Shown here: positions 1-15,110 of the stretch, piece by piece
Position numbering within the stretch: the first letter of the stretch is position 1
How the letters are laid out: each line of letters starts with the position of its first letter
Assembly: GCA_010093605.1 (NCBI GenBank)
Contig: MU004199.1
Coordinates: 620,001-684,000 of the forward strand
Reading direction: 5' to 3'
DNA: 64,000 nt
From: Lophium mytilinum
Taxonomy: Eukaryota
Position numbers and translations under genes: made by a program
The notes under the pieces: model-generated
The model's input: the letters and a program-made list of their open reading frames with translations, nothing else
The model's database searches: none
Told to the model about the DNA's origin: nothing

Positions 1-244
1 TTTTAGGGCGTATCGATAACATCTCCTCATTCATCTCTCATTTTCATTCTCTGCGACCTGGTGTTTCAATCACTCGACGAACACCCTCTTCATTCCTTTG
101 GGGCTGTTCGTACGAGCATCTTTGTCGGTCTTTATATCAGCTGTGCTGTTGCATATAACGCTCCTTGCACCCAAAAGCCCTTAGTGATTCGATATCACTT
201 CTGAAGAACTTTCCAAGCCTAAATTACGCATCCGGTCACCTATA

Positions 245-1210
245 ATGAGGGTTCAAGTCCTCAGCGTTGTCTTTGCCGCTTTGGCATCAGCTTCCCCTAT
301 CGCGCCCCGTGATCCTGGTGTTTACACCGATGTCGTGTGGTTCACTGTGGTGAGACAGCACTTCTCTTTCCCGCAGCTAGTATCAACTCACTGACACCCA
401 TTCTCTACACAGGAAAAAATCGTTACCGTCACCGCCGGCCAGCCCGTCCCAACGGTCGCCAATTCTCCCAGCTACAACCAACCCTCATTCAACCAAGTGA
501 TCCACCACCCCAAAGCATCCCACCAGTCATCAAAGACCGTATCGACATCCACCACCCACGAGCCCGTCTACTCCGCCCCCGCAGCATCCGCACCCGCCTC
601 TTCCGCCGCCGCCGCCCCACCCGCCTCCTCCCCATCCCCATCCTCCAACTCCCCCTGCAACTCCAACCCCACCACCTACCAAGCCAAAGTCCTCGACTCC
701 CACAACTGCCACCGCGCCAACCACTCCGCGCCCGCCGTCTCCTGGGACGCCGCCCTCGCCGCCACCGCCCAAAAGATTGCCGAAACCTGCGTCTACGCAC
801 ACAGCATGGACGTCGACGGCGGCGGCTACGGGCAGAACATCGCCGCGGGCACCGAAGCCGCGCGCGTCGACTGGGTCATCACGGAAGGCTTCTACAACGG
901 CGAGGTCAACGCGTACCCAGCCGCGGGCTACGGCGTCGCGAACCCGGATATGAGTAATTTCGAGAAGTGGGGGCATTATAGCCAGGTGGTGTGGAAGGAT
1001 ACGACGCATGCGGCTTGCTATACGAAGGATTGTAGTGGGAGTGGGAAGGGGCCGAAGGGGTTGGAGGGGGTTACGGGGGATTGTGCGCCGGTTTTTACGG
1101 TGTGTAATTATAAAGGCCCGGGAAATTTTGGGGGGGAGTATGGGAGGAATGTGGGGAGGCCGGAGGGGAGGCCGACGGTGCATGGGGTGGGGTGGAAGCC
1201 GGGGAATTGA
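245..1210 (+). CDS. Secreted CAP/SCP (PR-1/Pry-like) protein, 2 exons (245-349, 413-1210)
   Basis: ATG at 245 gives signal peptide MRVQVLSVVFAALASA. Intron GTGAGA(350)...CTGAC...ACAG(412) joins in frame to ORF 497-1210. S/P/A-rich linker followed by CAP motifs HNCHRANH, GQNIAAG, GHYSQVVWK, VCNY.GPGN. Confidence 0.92.
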
Positions 1211-1743
1211 GGGGTTTGTTGGGGTGGACTCGTGGCCAAGAAGCCGTAGACTGAGGGGTGCTCCCGTTGGACTTTGGTCGCCCTTGGTCTATAGAGACGT
1301 CATGTGAGCTGTCGCGTGGATTGACGCCTACTTTGAGGTTTAAGACGGATGTTTTGAGGTCGATGTTGGAGGTGTGAGCTGTTCGTAACTAGTGTCTTCT
1401 ATTCTAACTTCTTTCGAGAAATCGAGGTGACAACACTCAAACCAATTCATTACATTCACAGTAGCGCCGGGGACCAGTTATCAACACAAAGTCTACGCGA
1501 ATTTACTTTGATGGGCGATAGGTTCTTTGTGAAGGTAGATATGGGGGTTCCGTTATGCTTAAGCAAAGTAAGCCTCCTTATGCCTTAGATCCGCCTTTCT
1601 ACCCCCCTCTTGGTTCATGTTAAGGAGATGGCATAGAGGCTGCTCATATCTGTTGCAAGTTCGAGCGGAAGCTTCTACTTTTATGCCGAGAATGTAGACG
1701 AAAACCTATATGAATAGGATTTTACAACCCCTAATACTTTTAT

Positions 1744-1854
1744 ATTACTCCCATTACTCCCATTACTCCCATTACTCCCATTACTCCTACTACTCCTCTT
1801 ACTCCTATACTCCTATTACTCCTATTACTCCCATTACTCCCAATACTCCTATTA
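1744..1854. repeat. Degenerate 9-bp tandem array (ATTACTCCY)n
   Basis: About 12 units visible directly; CCA/CTA variants. Confidence 0.9.
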
Positions 1855-2019
1855 CCACCCCAGCCTCCCGCCTACTATCTCTTACCTTAGTGGAATTAGC
1901 TTGCTTTTACAGGGAATTGTCTAAGTGCTTAAAACCTACCTCACGAAACGCTAATTAGGAAGCTTTTTTTGGAACTAAGACATGTCGTCCTATTCGCTCT
2001 GTTCTGGTCCTCCTACTGC

Positions 2020-2147
2020 GAGTATTAGGAGTATTAGGAGTATTAGGAGTATTAGGAGTATTAGGAGTATTAGGAGTATTAGGAGTATTAGGAGTATTAG
2101 GAGTATTAGGAGAATTAGGAGTATTAGGAGAATTAGGAGTATTGGGA
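2020..2147. repeat. 9-bp tandem array (GGAGTATTA)n, inverted relative to the 1744-1854 array
   Basis: About 14 near-perfect units; the reverse complement TAATACTCC resembles the left array. Confidence 0.9.
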
Positions 2148-2475
2148 GATAAAGGACGGAAGGCTTGCGGGCTACACCGCGAGGGTAGTATCTCGGGCGA
2201 TGGCTTCATCATGTCCGCATACAAGCCAGGCTGGCTAGTAACGTCGCTCTCCTCTTCCTCACTTCTACACCGTCAGAAATTCGAAGTTCGATGCAGCGGC
2301 GTTGGGATAGAATAGATTAGCGGTCCTACAAAGGTATGTAATAGTAATGTACCCTATAGAACGAACTTAGCAGCAAAAAACGAGAAAGTAATTAGAACAT
2401 ATACGCTGGATCTATGATAACAACATGCCACCCCTTTCCATAACCACATTATCACAAACTCCAAAGCTAACCCCA

Positions 2476-3655
2476 TCAAGCCTCCCTTTCCCCATCCTCC
2501 CCCGCAACAACCCCCCCCCCCTCCGCCCCATCCCCCTCCGAACCCGCCGAACCCAACTTCTCCACCTCCCCAGTCTTACTCATACTATACCCAAAGCACA
2601 GTCCAGGGTGGAATGCATTCAACAGCAGCGTCGCAAGCGCACACATCCTACCCACTCCCGTTAGCCTCATGCACCACAACCCCTTCCACCTCAACAGACT
2701 TGAAAAGCAGAGCGATCAACATACCCCGAATCCAACCCCAAAAACAAATCCTCATCCCGCATAATCGGGCTCGCCCACCCCTTACTCATCTCCGCAATCC
2801 TGTACACACACCTCAACAACACCGCCAGATACGCCAGCCCCACAGCTCCCAAGAAACACCGAAACCGCACACTCTTCCGTAGTGGGGCAGTTGCGGCGTT
2901 CAGCTCCCCGCGGTGCGACCGTACCCGCGTGAAGTACTCGGCGGTCAGCGCGCCGAAGACGAGCAGCGTGAAGACTTGGAAGGAGAGGCCCGCCATCATG
3001 GTGTTGTTGCCGGACGTCATTAGCGGGCCCGGGGTGGAGGCGATGGAGGCGAGGATGCCGCCGACGCCTTGCAGGATGATGGAGACGATGTCGCAGGAGA
3101 TGAAGGTGTGGGTGTAGCGGGAGGGGCGAAGGCGGGAGAAGGCGGGGCCGAAGGTGAGGACGCTGTGGGGAGGTTAGTGAGAAAGGGGGATGGTGAGAAA
3201 GGGGGATGGTGAGAAAGGGGGATGGTGAGAAAGGGGGATTTTTTGGGGGGTGGGGATTGGGGGGCGTACAGGTGCTTTAGGGTTAGGTAGATGCCGGCGG
3301 CGAAGAAGGCGGGGGCGATGGTTAGCAGGACGATTTGCAGTTTGAAGCCTGAGTCGGACCAGGGGTTGGAGTGGAGCATGAGGCGGCCGCCGTAGCCTGG
3401 TGATGGGAATGAGCTTTGCGGTTTGGAGGGGGTTTGGAGGGGTCTTTGGGCGGGCATACCGATTGTTTCACACAGGTTTCCGACTGTCATGGCGACGAGG
3501 AAACTCCAGGTTTTGTAGCGGTAGCCTTGGATGCCGTGGACGATCATACTGAGGGCGAAGATGACGAGGAAGGCGGTGTCGGCAGCGAGTTGGGGCGCAT
3601 AGCCGTAGATGGTGGCGCTGATCGGACATGTTTCCTTCGTACATTGTTGAGGCAT
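2476..3655 (-). CDS. RTA1/RSB1-like lipid-translocating exporter (7-TM), 4 exons
   Basis: N-terminus MPQQCTKETCPISATIYGYAP; RTA1 motifs GYGGR, LLTIAPAFFAAGIYLTL, FISCDIVSIILQGVGG, AGLSFQV, RCVYRIAE..GW, FHPG across exons separated by GT-AG introns. Confidence 0.9.
3177..3239. repeat. About 4 x 16-bp tandem repeat (GGTGAGAAAGGGGGAT) in RTA1 intron 2
   Basis: Directly visible. Confidence 0.85.
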
Positions 3656-4887
3656 TGTGAGAGACTTCGACAGGGGCAGGGGGTAGGAGAGGGGTGGCAA
3701 GGAAAAGGTTAAATTTCAGATCTAAAGGATGGATCTATTGTCTAGATGGACGATATGAAAGAAGTTCAGAAGTGGAAGACACCGGGCCTAGGAATGCAGC
3801 CTCATATGAATAGAACCAGGCTGCTCGATTTATATACTTAATCTCCATGTCAGAAATACCTCACGATACCGTATACCCTGTTATTAAAGTTTGCCATCCT
3901 GACGTCGAAATCACAGGATCGAGTGCGTAGACTAAGACTATTCTACACAGTAGTACCTCGAGTATGGCGTTTACAAGGCGCAGACTTTCTTCATCTGTCG
4001 TTGGAACCGTCATATTGCGAGCTAGATCGCAGTCCGTGGTGTTTATGATGTTGTTGATTCTCGTACGTGCGTACGGGTTCGGTGTCTTACGCACGAAAGA
4101 TGACTGGCGCGCTAGGATGTTTATGACATAGCTCCCTGCTTAACATGATTGGCTGCTACGTACTATCAAAGTAATACAATCATCGCTGGAGTTCTGCGTA
4201 ACTCTAGAACTGAAACCTCTGCAACTTGAGCTTCGTAGAGTGGCAAAGGCAACGCTTACCGCAATTGAAAATGAATCACATATGGGGATACTGTCTTGGT
4301 CCCCTTTACCTCGTCAATCCGAGATCTCTCGCTCAATAAAGTCCATCGAACTTCTCAGGTTTTTGTTTCGGCGTATACCATGACCGGTAGTTTAGACTAT
4401 AATGGCATTGGCTATAGTATGATTTCCCTAGCCGCATCGAACAAGTGCAGGACATTGGAAATCAAAAGCTGCGACAAAATTACAGACGGGCGGCCCCTTA
4501 ATAACTGAAGTCTCTCAATGATTTTGTCGACACTAATCGGTGGCGTCCTGCTCGTGAGTTCAGTCTTTGATAGGGAATTTGCCCCTGGATTCTGGTGTCG
4601 TCGTCCTGGAACCTGGGTGTTGAGCTGGAAGTGTCTACGATTGTTGATACACTATGGTGAGAGCTGGTAGCAGAACATGAACGGATTACGCCCAGCGGCT
4701 GAGACCGAGTTCTCTTCGACTGTACCGATCTTGCGAGGCGCCCTACGAAGGTAGTAATGGACAGTGGATCTATAGCGGCTGTGGAAGCATGACCGGATCG
4801 ACTCGGCCTCAGAAGATCATGTTCGTAGCGTCACGCCAGGCAGGCCAACAGGGTGATCGCACAAGGGTAGCCTCGAAGCGAAATAAA

Positions 4888-5266
4888 CTATAGAACTTCT
4901 TCAAGCACAACTAACATTACTAGATCGTTGTAGCTATAATCACCCATAAATGGGTGGTAATCGGTCTCTCTCACAGTCCAATCATAGGTCTCTTTCACCT
5001 TCCTTTTCGTGATGAAAGGAGCAGAAGTCTCGACAAATGGCCCAGCTGACGTCTCGAGGGAATTGATGATTGTCTTTTTTTGGGGGAAGTGTAATTAGTA
5101 TAATATTTGAATATGTTATTCTTTGTAAAAAGGGAAGATATAAGCCCACCCTATTAAGTACCTTGCCATCCTTGGCAAGGACGAGTCCTGGATCCCTGCG
5201 GTGGATGGCAGATGCCGATGTTAGCGCAGCGATGCTGACCGCCATGCTGAGGTTGAGGATCTTCAT
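4888..5266 (-). CDS. Putative small secreted protein; exon structure uncertain
   Basis: Signal-peptide-like MKILNLSMAVSIAALTSASA then IHRR. Candidate AT-rich intron 5161-5074 (GTACTT...CTAAT...AAG) would give ...DGK|TIINSLETSAGPFVETSAPFITKRKVKETYDW... No recognisable domain. Confidence 0.35.
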
Positions 5267-5921
5267 GTCCTGAGCGTTGGTACGTTGAAGAGGCTGTTCC
5301 GAGGTTTAATGGGAGAGGGGTGTACGTTATGGGTAAGCAGCACAGCTTCTAGCCCAGCGAAAGCAACAGAACCAAGGCTCGGCATAAGAAGCAGAATCTA
5401 GGTACGAGTGACCGCAAATGGTTGAGAGCTGAACGGAAAAAGCGAAAACGAGTGGATTAGGAAGAATGAGTTAGTAGCCTCGTTCTTCTCACTCAGGAGT
5501 TTACGATCGTCTGTATCGCATGAGACGGGCTGTAAAGAGATCAACGCATGATCCAGATATCTTCATTTTCTCCTCCATTTGTTCATCCTTCAGCGACGTT
5601 GCAGATGTCATGGCTGTCTAGACTTGTGGGGCGAATCGGTAGCAAAATGGCTCTAGGCTTTGAACTACTCACCAAAATACAACTGCAATGAGCATCAAAG
5701 GCCAGCCTCTCTATAATCCGCATTCACTTGTCAGAACAAACACAAAACCGTAGACACAGAATGCAACCTGAGACCTGAAAATGCCGCTCTAGAACAATCA
5801 CGAACCTACATCATCAGATCCAGCCCGCCTGTAGTAGCAATCAAGCCCGGTTCCCCTCCCCTCTGATCCAAACTCACAATCCAATATATACAAGCCCAGC
5901 TCTTGATTCCACACCACCACT

Positions 5922-7266
5922 CTAATCCCTCTTGCCAATACCATACCCATACCCGTTATAACCACCTCCATTACTAACAGGCAACCCATAACCTCCTCCC
6001 CCACCCCCTCCATACGCCTTATCCCGCGCATACCGCCTCAGCCTTCGCGGCAGCTCCACACCCCTGAAATAGGCCACGCATATCGCCGCGCTCGCCCCAG
6101 CGCTGAGCAAGCAGTACACAATCGTGCTCGTGTACAAATGCCCGCCCATGCCTCGCCACCCGCTTGGCAAAACCGTCCCGGGGTACCAGCGTACGCTGAA
6201 TTGTAATGTCAACGGATCCCCAATCGACACCCTCGCTTGCCGCGTATGCGCGGACACCGAGTACGCAGCTGCCGCGTCAATGGTGCCCGGTGCGACGGCT
6301 TTCGGGGCCGCGTGCACGAGCAGGTTGAGCGCGTTGGAGATGTGGAGATGGGAGAGTTGGAGCGTGCCTGCGAGGGCCATGATGAGGGGCGTGTAGAGGG
6401 TGGATTGGGTGCCCATGGCGCCTTTCTTCGTGGATTCGTCGGAGACGGTGTATTCGTCCACGGGAGGAGAGGTGCCGGTGCCAGTGCCGGTGCCTGAGGA
6501 GGAGGGGAGGATGGACGAGGGAAGCGGCCGCGAGGGGATGCGGCAGGTTAGGGGCGCGTCGTTGTGGACGTAGAATTCGAGGAGGTGGAAGAAGGCGTCG
6601 TCTATGAACTCGATTGTGCAGTTGATTTCTGGGGTGGGTGGTTAGTAACTTTCGATGTCGATTCTGGGGTTCATACGAACCTTTTTCTATCCCGAAGTGC
6701 AGCTCGAGTGGTCGACCGGTTTCGTTGCAAGTTGGGAAGGGGATGTATTCCAGCTGGCCTTGCTCGTCTGTGATCTTGAGATACCCGTAATGTTAGCTTC
6801 TCTTCTTCATGATGCTCCAGGGCCCTCATTGCGCGAGTGCTACCCTCCAAAATGTGCTTTCCTCCGTAGCCCATATCCATCCAACCATTGCTTCCTCATC
6901 TTTCACAGCATTGAAAGACCTCCAGTATTATCCTTCCGCCCATATCCTCCTCGTCCATCGCCCTCCTGCCAACGAGGTATGAAAAAGTCTTACATGTTCA
7001 CCAGTATCTCTACACTCCGTTAGCAACAATCCACGCAAGGGGTGGTGGCTGGTGTCCACGTCGCGTGCAACACCACCACTGCCTCCCATAGCCTTCAAAA
7101 CCTACATCGTCCGATTCAGACAGCTAACAGGAATCGCCTCGCCAGCAACATAGCTCTTCTCTATCAGCTTCAGCGGCTCCTGGCTCGAGACCGCCGCAGC
7201 AAGCGCAATGTAGAACGTGTACGCGACGGTGAGGGCCAGCCGTGGGGAGTAGGGCGAGCGCGACAT
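5922..7266 (-). CDS. Conserved fungal type-I membrane protein of unknown function (multi-exon)
   Basis: ATG 7266 gives MSRSPYSPRLALTVAYTFYIALAAA; motifs IPVSCLNRT, YIPFPTCNETGRPLELHF, FFHLLEFYVHNDAPLTCR; C-terminal TM (STIVYCLLSAGASAAICVAYF) and a G/Y-rich tail ending GKRD. Confidence 0.8.
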
Positions 7267-7758
7267 CGTGGGCAAAGAGGAGGGTAGGATTGAGGTGAGA
7301 AGGATAAGTTATGGTGTGAGGGAGCACGCGATTGGGCTCGTAGACCTCATATGGAGAACATTGTTTGTGGTGTTGGCTGGCGGAATGCTAGTAAGCAAGA
7401 GGTTGGTTTGTAGAGGGCGATCCTTTTGCAAGCGTGAATTTCTTGTTCTATTCTAAGAACAAGGGAAATTGTTTAGAGGCTTCCAACACCACTCAATTCT
7501 TATAGTAAGATTGTCAGTTTAGGCTTTTGGTGTTTTTCGATCTCTACGTCCATCACTCATGTTCGTTGAGATGGTAACAACGATAGCTTTTCACGGCGAG
7601 CATTTGAGGAAGCCTTGGGTTGCACAGCGCTATTTTTTTTGTACTTATCAGTATCAATCTGAAACTATTTACTATCCGTCTAGTGACCCTCGATCATTGC
7701 GAACCAGCCCAGTCGTGACACATTAGAAACGTCATTGTCTGCCCTCTACATTCTGAAT

Positions 7759-9650
<1,892 letters not shown>

Positions 9651-10737
9651 TTTGTCGAGTTATCGCCGTTGAGGAAAGGGGAACTAAACTAAAAGCTGGG
9701 ACGGGACGGTTAACGACAGACAAACACAGCAGGTGCGGGGTATCAATGGCTCACGTTGGATTTCAGCGGAAAAACCTGCAAGCACGAAGCTTTACAAAGG
9801 TCAATTGACAAGAAAGAAGAGTTTAGTAGAGGGTTCTGCGGTGGTGTGGCCGGAGGTGTCGTGATGTTTTAAGGGAGAAAGTGCTCTTGGAGAAATGACG
9901 ACTGTTGGCGGGGCACCTTTAGGTTGTTGGCGAAGTGGACCTAAGAGTGTGGGGGGATCCGTTGCTCACAGCACTCGTCCTTGAGCACTCGGGACGCTCC
10001 TATATTTCAATTGGGCTTGATTATTGCGGTCTTCTACTGAATGATCGCATTCATAATGGATTATAGTGCAATGAAGCCCATGAGCTAGCTTGATGAATAA
10101 CCTCACTAAGCACTACTCCCACATCACGTAATGCTTTACACCTCCGAGACGGCGGGTGTTGCGGAAGAGAGGTTCGAACACTGCTCAGTGGTTACAAGTA
10201 TTATGAGCGTTCGAGATTCACGATAATGCTCTCTACATGTGTGCATGCCTCACCACAGTGAAGCTCCGATATCGCTCACAGGAAAGACGTACAGTGGTGT
10301 CTTGACTACGATTTCCGTTCATTCACTACTGTATCGGTTGTATCAGTAGTTGGGCAAACATTGACAGACCAGCTGCGTAATCGGGCTGCCTCAAGTCATA
10401 TCATGGACTGCAGCATGCTCTAAGTACTGTGTTGGATTTGATAGTTACAAGCAAGCAGTGTTCAAGATGCTACCGGGCGCCAGAATGCCAAACCCAATTC
10501 TCGCCATGAACAAGAAGATCTGCCCGCCATTGATCCCACCCAAAGGAAAGAAAAAGAACTGCCCGCAGCTTCAAGTCACACAGCAGTGAGCATACGCGGT
10601 GCACAGCGAGTGATGTGAGCATCGTCTTCCCATACGCGACTGCCCAGCAGCGAGCGTGGCTGGTGAATAGTAAACTGCCGCTTCTGCGCCTCGAATGTCG
10701 TTGGACTCGTGATGGTTTGCTTTTGGACAATGCCTGT

Positions 10738-12925
10738 CTATCTCTCCGAAACACCTTCGAACGACGGGTCCTTTACACTCCCGCCGGCATCTCCGAGACC
10801 GGCGACTGGTCGGTTGTATGACCAGCCCGCGAACTGCTGTTGCATTGTTTGAGACAACATAGGCCCATCCACGTACGAGTCAGTGGGCGCCTCTGATGTG
10901 AATTCTCGGTCGAAGTTGGCAGTATCTCGTTGATCAACCTAGATAGATGAGAAGAGCATAGGATAGATGATCATTGAGGTCACTTACCACATTGGGCTTG
11001 AAGCTGGGCTCGTACTTGCGCTCCAAGAGCTTCCGCCAGTCGATACTGTGGAAGAAGTAATGAGATTTGATCTCCGCGGCACCCTTAGCACCCAAACGCT
11101 TCTCTGCGTTCCTGTCAAGAAGTCGGGTGAGAAGATCGCGTGCAGCGGGCGGCACAATTTCGGGTCCAGGGAAATGTAGGGGTTCTGTAAGAATCTTCCG
11201 GTACATGTCGTTGGTGTTTTCGTCGTAGAAGGGTGGTAGACCAGTCAGCATCTCATATAGAAGGACACCAAGCGTCCACCAATCGACGGTCTTGGTATAA
11301 CCAGCGCCCGTGAGAAGTTCAGGAGCCAGATACTCCGGGGTTCCGCAGAAAGCTATCAACTGTTAGCAGGGCTTCGAGTGATACAAGGGTTTTTCTTACT
11401 GTTGGTCCTGTCTTCGTCTTTCATATCAAGCTTGCAAAGACCGAAGTCGCAGAGCGCAATATGTCCCGTATAATCTAGAAGAATATTTTCTGGCTTCAGG
11501 TCACGGTAAATGACATTGAACCCGTGCAAGCACTCCAAAGCACATAGTAGTTCTGCGGCGTAAAATCGAGCTCGGTTGATATCGAAGCGCTGCTCTTTCT
11601 GGAGATGGTGGAACAATTCACCGCCATTGACGAAAGCGAGGACGAGATACAGCTTCTCGGGTGATTGAAATGAGAACTTCAGTGGCACGATGAACGGATT
11701 GTTGATTTGAGCGAGGACCGATCGCTCGGCAAGAGTATGTGCGACTTCGGAGCGCGAGATGATATGGGCCTTTCGGATTGTCTTCAGCGCATAGATACGA
11801 TGTGTGTCACGCTTCCTGCATCCCTGATTAGTCCCCGGTTTTACAACATCTCAAACTTGCACAACTTACTGGACTTGCATGACCTTGCCGAAACTGCCCT
11901 TGCCGACGACCTTGAGCAACTCGAAATCCTCAATCGTCAGTTTGTCTTGACGGTTCTCAACAAAGTTGACGCCGATCCTCATAGAACCTGTTCCATATCC
12001 AAGGTTGATCCAATCAGCACCCGCCTGCGCCTTTCCGCGCTCCGACTCGGCGTGAGCTGCCGCCGCCTTTTCCTTATCTTTCTTGCTCAGCTTCTGGTCC
12101 TCCACATATGGCTGCTGCTCCTCGAAGCGGGGGTGGACCTTGCAGGTGCCGATGAAGATATCGTCGTTTCTGCCGGCATTGGGAGCTGCGGAGGGATTGC
12201 GAATATAGAGGGAGATGTTCAGTTCAGTTGTCCGCGAGACATCGAATTTGTATTGTGTGTTTCCCCCTGCCCAGAGCGGGTTTTCCGGGGTACCTTGCAC
12301 GGCGTTGATGAAGACTTGCTGCTTGTCAAAATCGACGAGAGCATACGGGAGGTATTTTGAAGAGTAGCGGCCGTGGATAGTAGGGACCGCGTTGATGCTT
12401 CCAGCTGCGGACTGCGGTCGGTTGTTGGAGTATGAGCCAGCTACACCCTGGTTTCGTGATGACGAATTCGGTCTCATCGACCCTGCAACAGAGAAACCTC
12501 CTGTGGAGAGCGAGCCTTGATGATGACCGCTCGTAGTAAAGGCAGCCTCCGAGCCCGCAGGGAGAGAGAAGCCCTTGCCCTCGTAAAGCGTTACTATGAG
12601 AATACCTGGCTTCAGGGGTTGTGGTGGAGGGGCTGCAATCGCTTCAGATGCAGCTTTGGTTGTTAGCAACGTCTTGAGAATACATTTGAACAGGCCTACC
12701 GATGCCATTGGGGTCCTTCGGGTCGACGAGAGTCGCGCTGCTCGCCGTACTCGAGGGCTTTGGTGTGCTGTCCGCGACTATGGTCGAGGTAGACGAAGAA
12801 CGGCTGAAGGTGTTCGCTAATGGGGCCAAATGCGTCTCCTTGAGCTCTGTTGGAGATGAGATACTTGCTTCCAACAGCGTGTCACCAAGCGGGTTCTACT
12901 TACTCTTGGTGAGTTTCCAGGACAT
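10738..12925 (-). CDS. YPK1: AGC Ser/Thr kinase Ypk1/Gad8/YpkA, multi-exon
   Basis: Exon 1 MSWKLTK; C2-like region; GKGSFGKV, YRDLKPENILLD, DFG, FCGTPEYLAPE; C-terminal hydrophobic motif QQFAGWSY; stop TAG at 10740-10738. Confidence 0.96.
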
Positions 12926-13472
12926 GATTGCGGTGGTCGCCCGAGGGGGCCTTCACTCTGGGGTAAGACCGAGCGCGGTGAAGGCGGGGGGAGTGAAGTG
13001 GAGTAGCGAGCTGGCGGGCAGCGATATCTCAGCGGCTTCTAAGCTGCGACTAAGAGTTGTGGTAGAGACGAACACAGCGGGCTCAGTAGTAACTCGAGAA
13101 CGGAGTGTTTGGATGCAGAGAGTGGCGAGGAGGTTGGTAAAGAGTGTTGATGGCTGAGTGAAGACGGGCTCGCTCCTCTGCGAGGATTGGACTGGCAACG
13201 AAACGCCGCTAACTCGGCGGTCAGGGTACGGTACCAGGTATCCTCAGCCCGACCTCAAAGCGCGGATTGTCGACGACATGCGCTGCGCCGACCCTCTTTG
13301 CCACCCTAAACTCGAAGCTATTCACTGCATCGCGGCCCCCGAGCTCCTCCTCCACCCGCCACGTCGTACTGCCCTTATCACCGCGTTGAGGGCCAAGGGG
13401 CGTTGAGGGCGCATCAACACAACCCACCGGCCACCCCCTCTCTCACACCGCCATCACGTCCTGCATGGCAGC

Positions 13473-15110
13473 ATGGGGCTTATCAAGAAGAAGACGGCCT
13501 CGCGGGGCACCGAGGGCGGCGTGAAGTACGTCTGCGACGTGTGCTCCGCCGACATCACCTCTACTGTGAGTGCCCACGATGCGCGACCGCATCACTTTCG
13601 TCCGACCTCAGCCTCCGAGAACGCCAAGACTGACATTATTTAGGTCCGAATACGCTGTGCCAACGCCGCCTGCCACGAATACGACCTCTGCGTGCCGTGT
13701 TTCGCGGACGGCAAGTTCTCGCGCGACCACGACCCCAAGACGCACTCGTTCCAAGTCATCGAGCAGCACTCGATACCGATATTCACCGAGGACTGGGGCG
13801 CCGACGAGGAGTTGGCATTGCTGGAAGGCGCCGAAACATACGGGCTCGGGTCATGGTCCGATATAGCAGACCACATTGGCGGCTACCGGACCAAGGATGA
13901 GGTTCGGGAACACTACATCGATACCTATCTAAACAGCTCCAAGTTCCCTCTTCCCGAGCACGCTAGTCCAAACGACAAACAACTTAGCGATGCAGTTCCC
14001 CGCGAGGTCTTCCAGGCTCGGAAGAAGCGGAGGATCGAGGATAGAAAAGAGGATGCAAAAAATGCGCCTCCTGCCACACCCAAACAGAAGCCAACCGCTA
14101 GTGTACCGGCATGTCATGAAGTCCAAGGCTACATGCCAGGTCGGCTGGAATTTGAAACGGAGTATTTCAACGAAGCCGAGGAAGCCGTGCAGCACATGCA
14201 GTTTGACCCCGGAGATGGTGTGAACCAACGAACCGGGGAAACAGAACCCGAGATGGAGCTCAAGATGACGGTGATGGAGATCTACAACTCGCGGTTGGAT
14301 GCGCGGGTAGAGAGGAAAAAGATCATATTCGAGCACAAACTACTAGAGTACAAGAAGAACGCCCTAGCGGATAAGAAACGCACGAAGGAGGAACGAGAAC
14401 TAATGAATAAAGCCAAGCCCTTTGCGCGAATGATGAAGCACGAAGACTTTAAAAGCTTCTGCGAGGGGCTGGAGTACGAACACAATCTAAGACAGGCCAT
14501 CGGCTGTCTGCAAGAATGGAGGCAATTGCAGATTGGAGATCTGAAGTCTGGCGAAAAATACGAGCAAGAGAAGCAGCTACGACAGAGTCGGGGCCCGCCA
14601 GTAGGCCAATTCGATCGAATGGCAGCCGGCCGCATCAGCAAGCCAACGCCGCCCGTAGAAACACCATCCGCAACCACTGCATTGACATCACCAGGACTGG
14701 CATTGCGCCTGAACAACGGCCTATCAACACCCCCACCCGACAGAATCCTTCCAAATGGGACCAACGGAGTCAACGGCACCAACGGCTTGACCAACGGCGT
14801 AGGCATAGCACAACACGTCAAGCCCAAGTTCTCCATCCAAGCCCTCCCAAACACCGTCCCGCTCAAGTTCGGCAAAGAGAACCAAGCCGATCTGCACCTC
14901 CTCACGCCCGAAGAGCAAGAAGTCTGCAGCATCCTGCGCATCATGCCGAAACCCTACATGGTCATCAAAGAGGCGATGCTCCGCGAAGCACTAAAACAAG
15001 GCGGTAGCATGAAGAGGAAGATGGCACGGGACGTGTGCAAGATCGACGTCAACAAGTGCGGCAAGCTCTTCGACTTTTTCGTTTACAGCGGGTGGATTAC
15101 CAAGGCATAG
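13473..15110 (+). CDS. ADA2: SAGA/ADA transcriptional adapter 2 (ZZ, SANT, SWIRM), 2 exons
   Basis: MGLIKKK...[14 protein letters not shown], intron ~13566-13643, VRIRCA...[39 protein letters not shown]-terminal KIDVNK...FDFF...GWI. Confidence 0.97.

Noticed and set aside
337..1183. Long Arg/Gly/Pro-rich overlapping ORFs (e.g. 337-957, 489-800, 530-1183; similar ones at 24229, 29410, 50600, 62803)
   Set aside because: Shadow frames of real genes produced by GC-rich, strongly skewed third positions; no domain features.
1744..2147. Possible telomeric or CRISPR repeats
   Set aside because: The unit is not TTAGGG and there are no unique spacers; eukaryotic context.
1710..2224. ORFs with YSH/TPI/PNT repeats
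   Set aside because: Translations of the 9-bp non-coding arrays.
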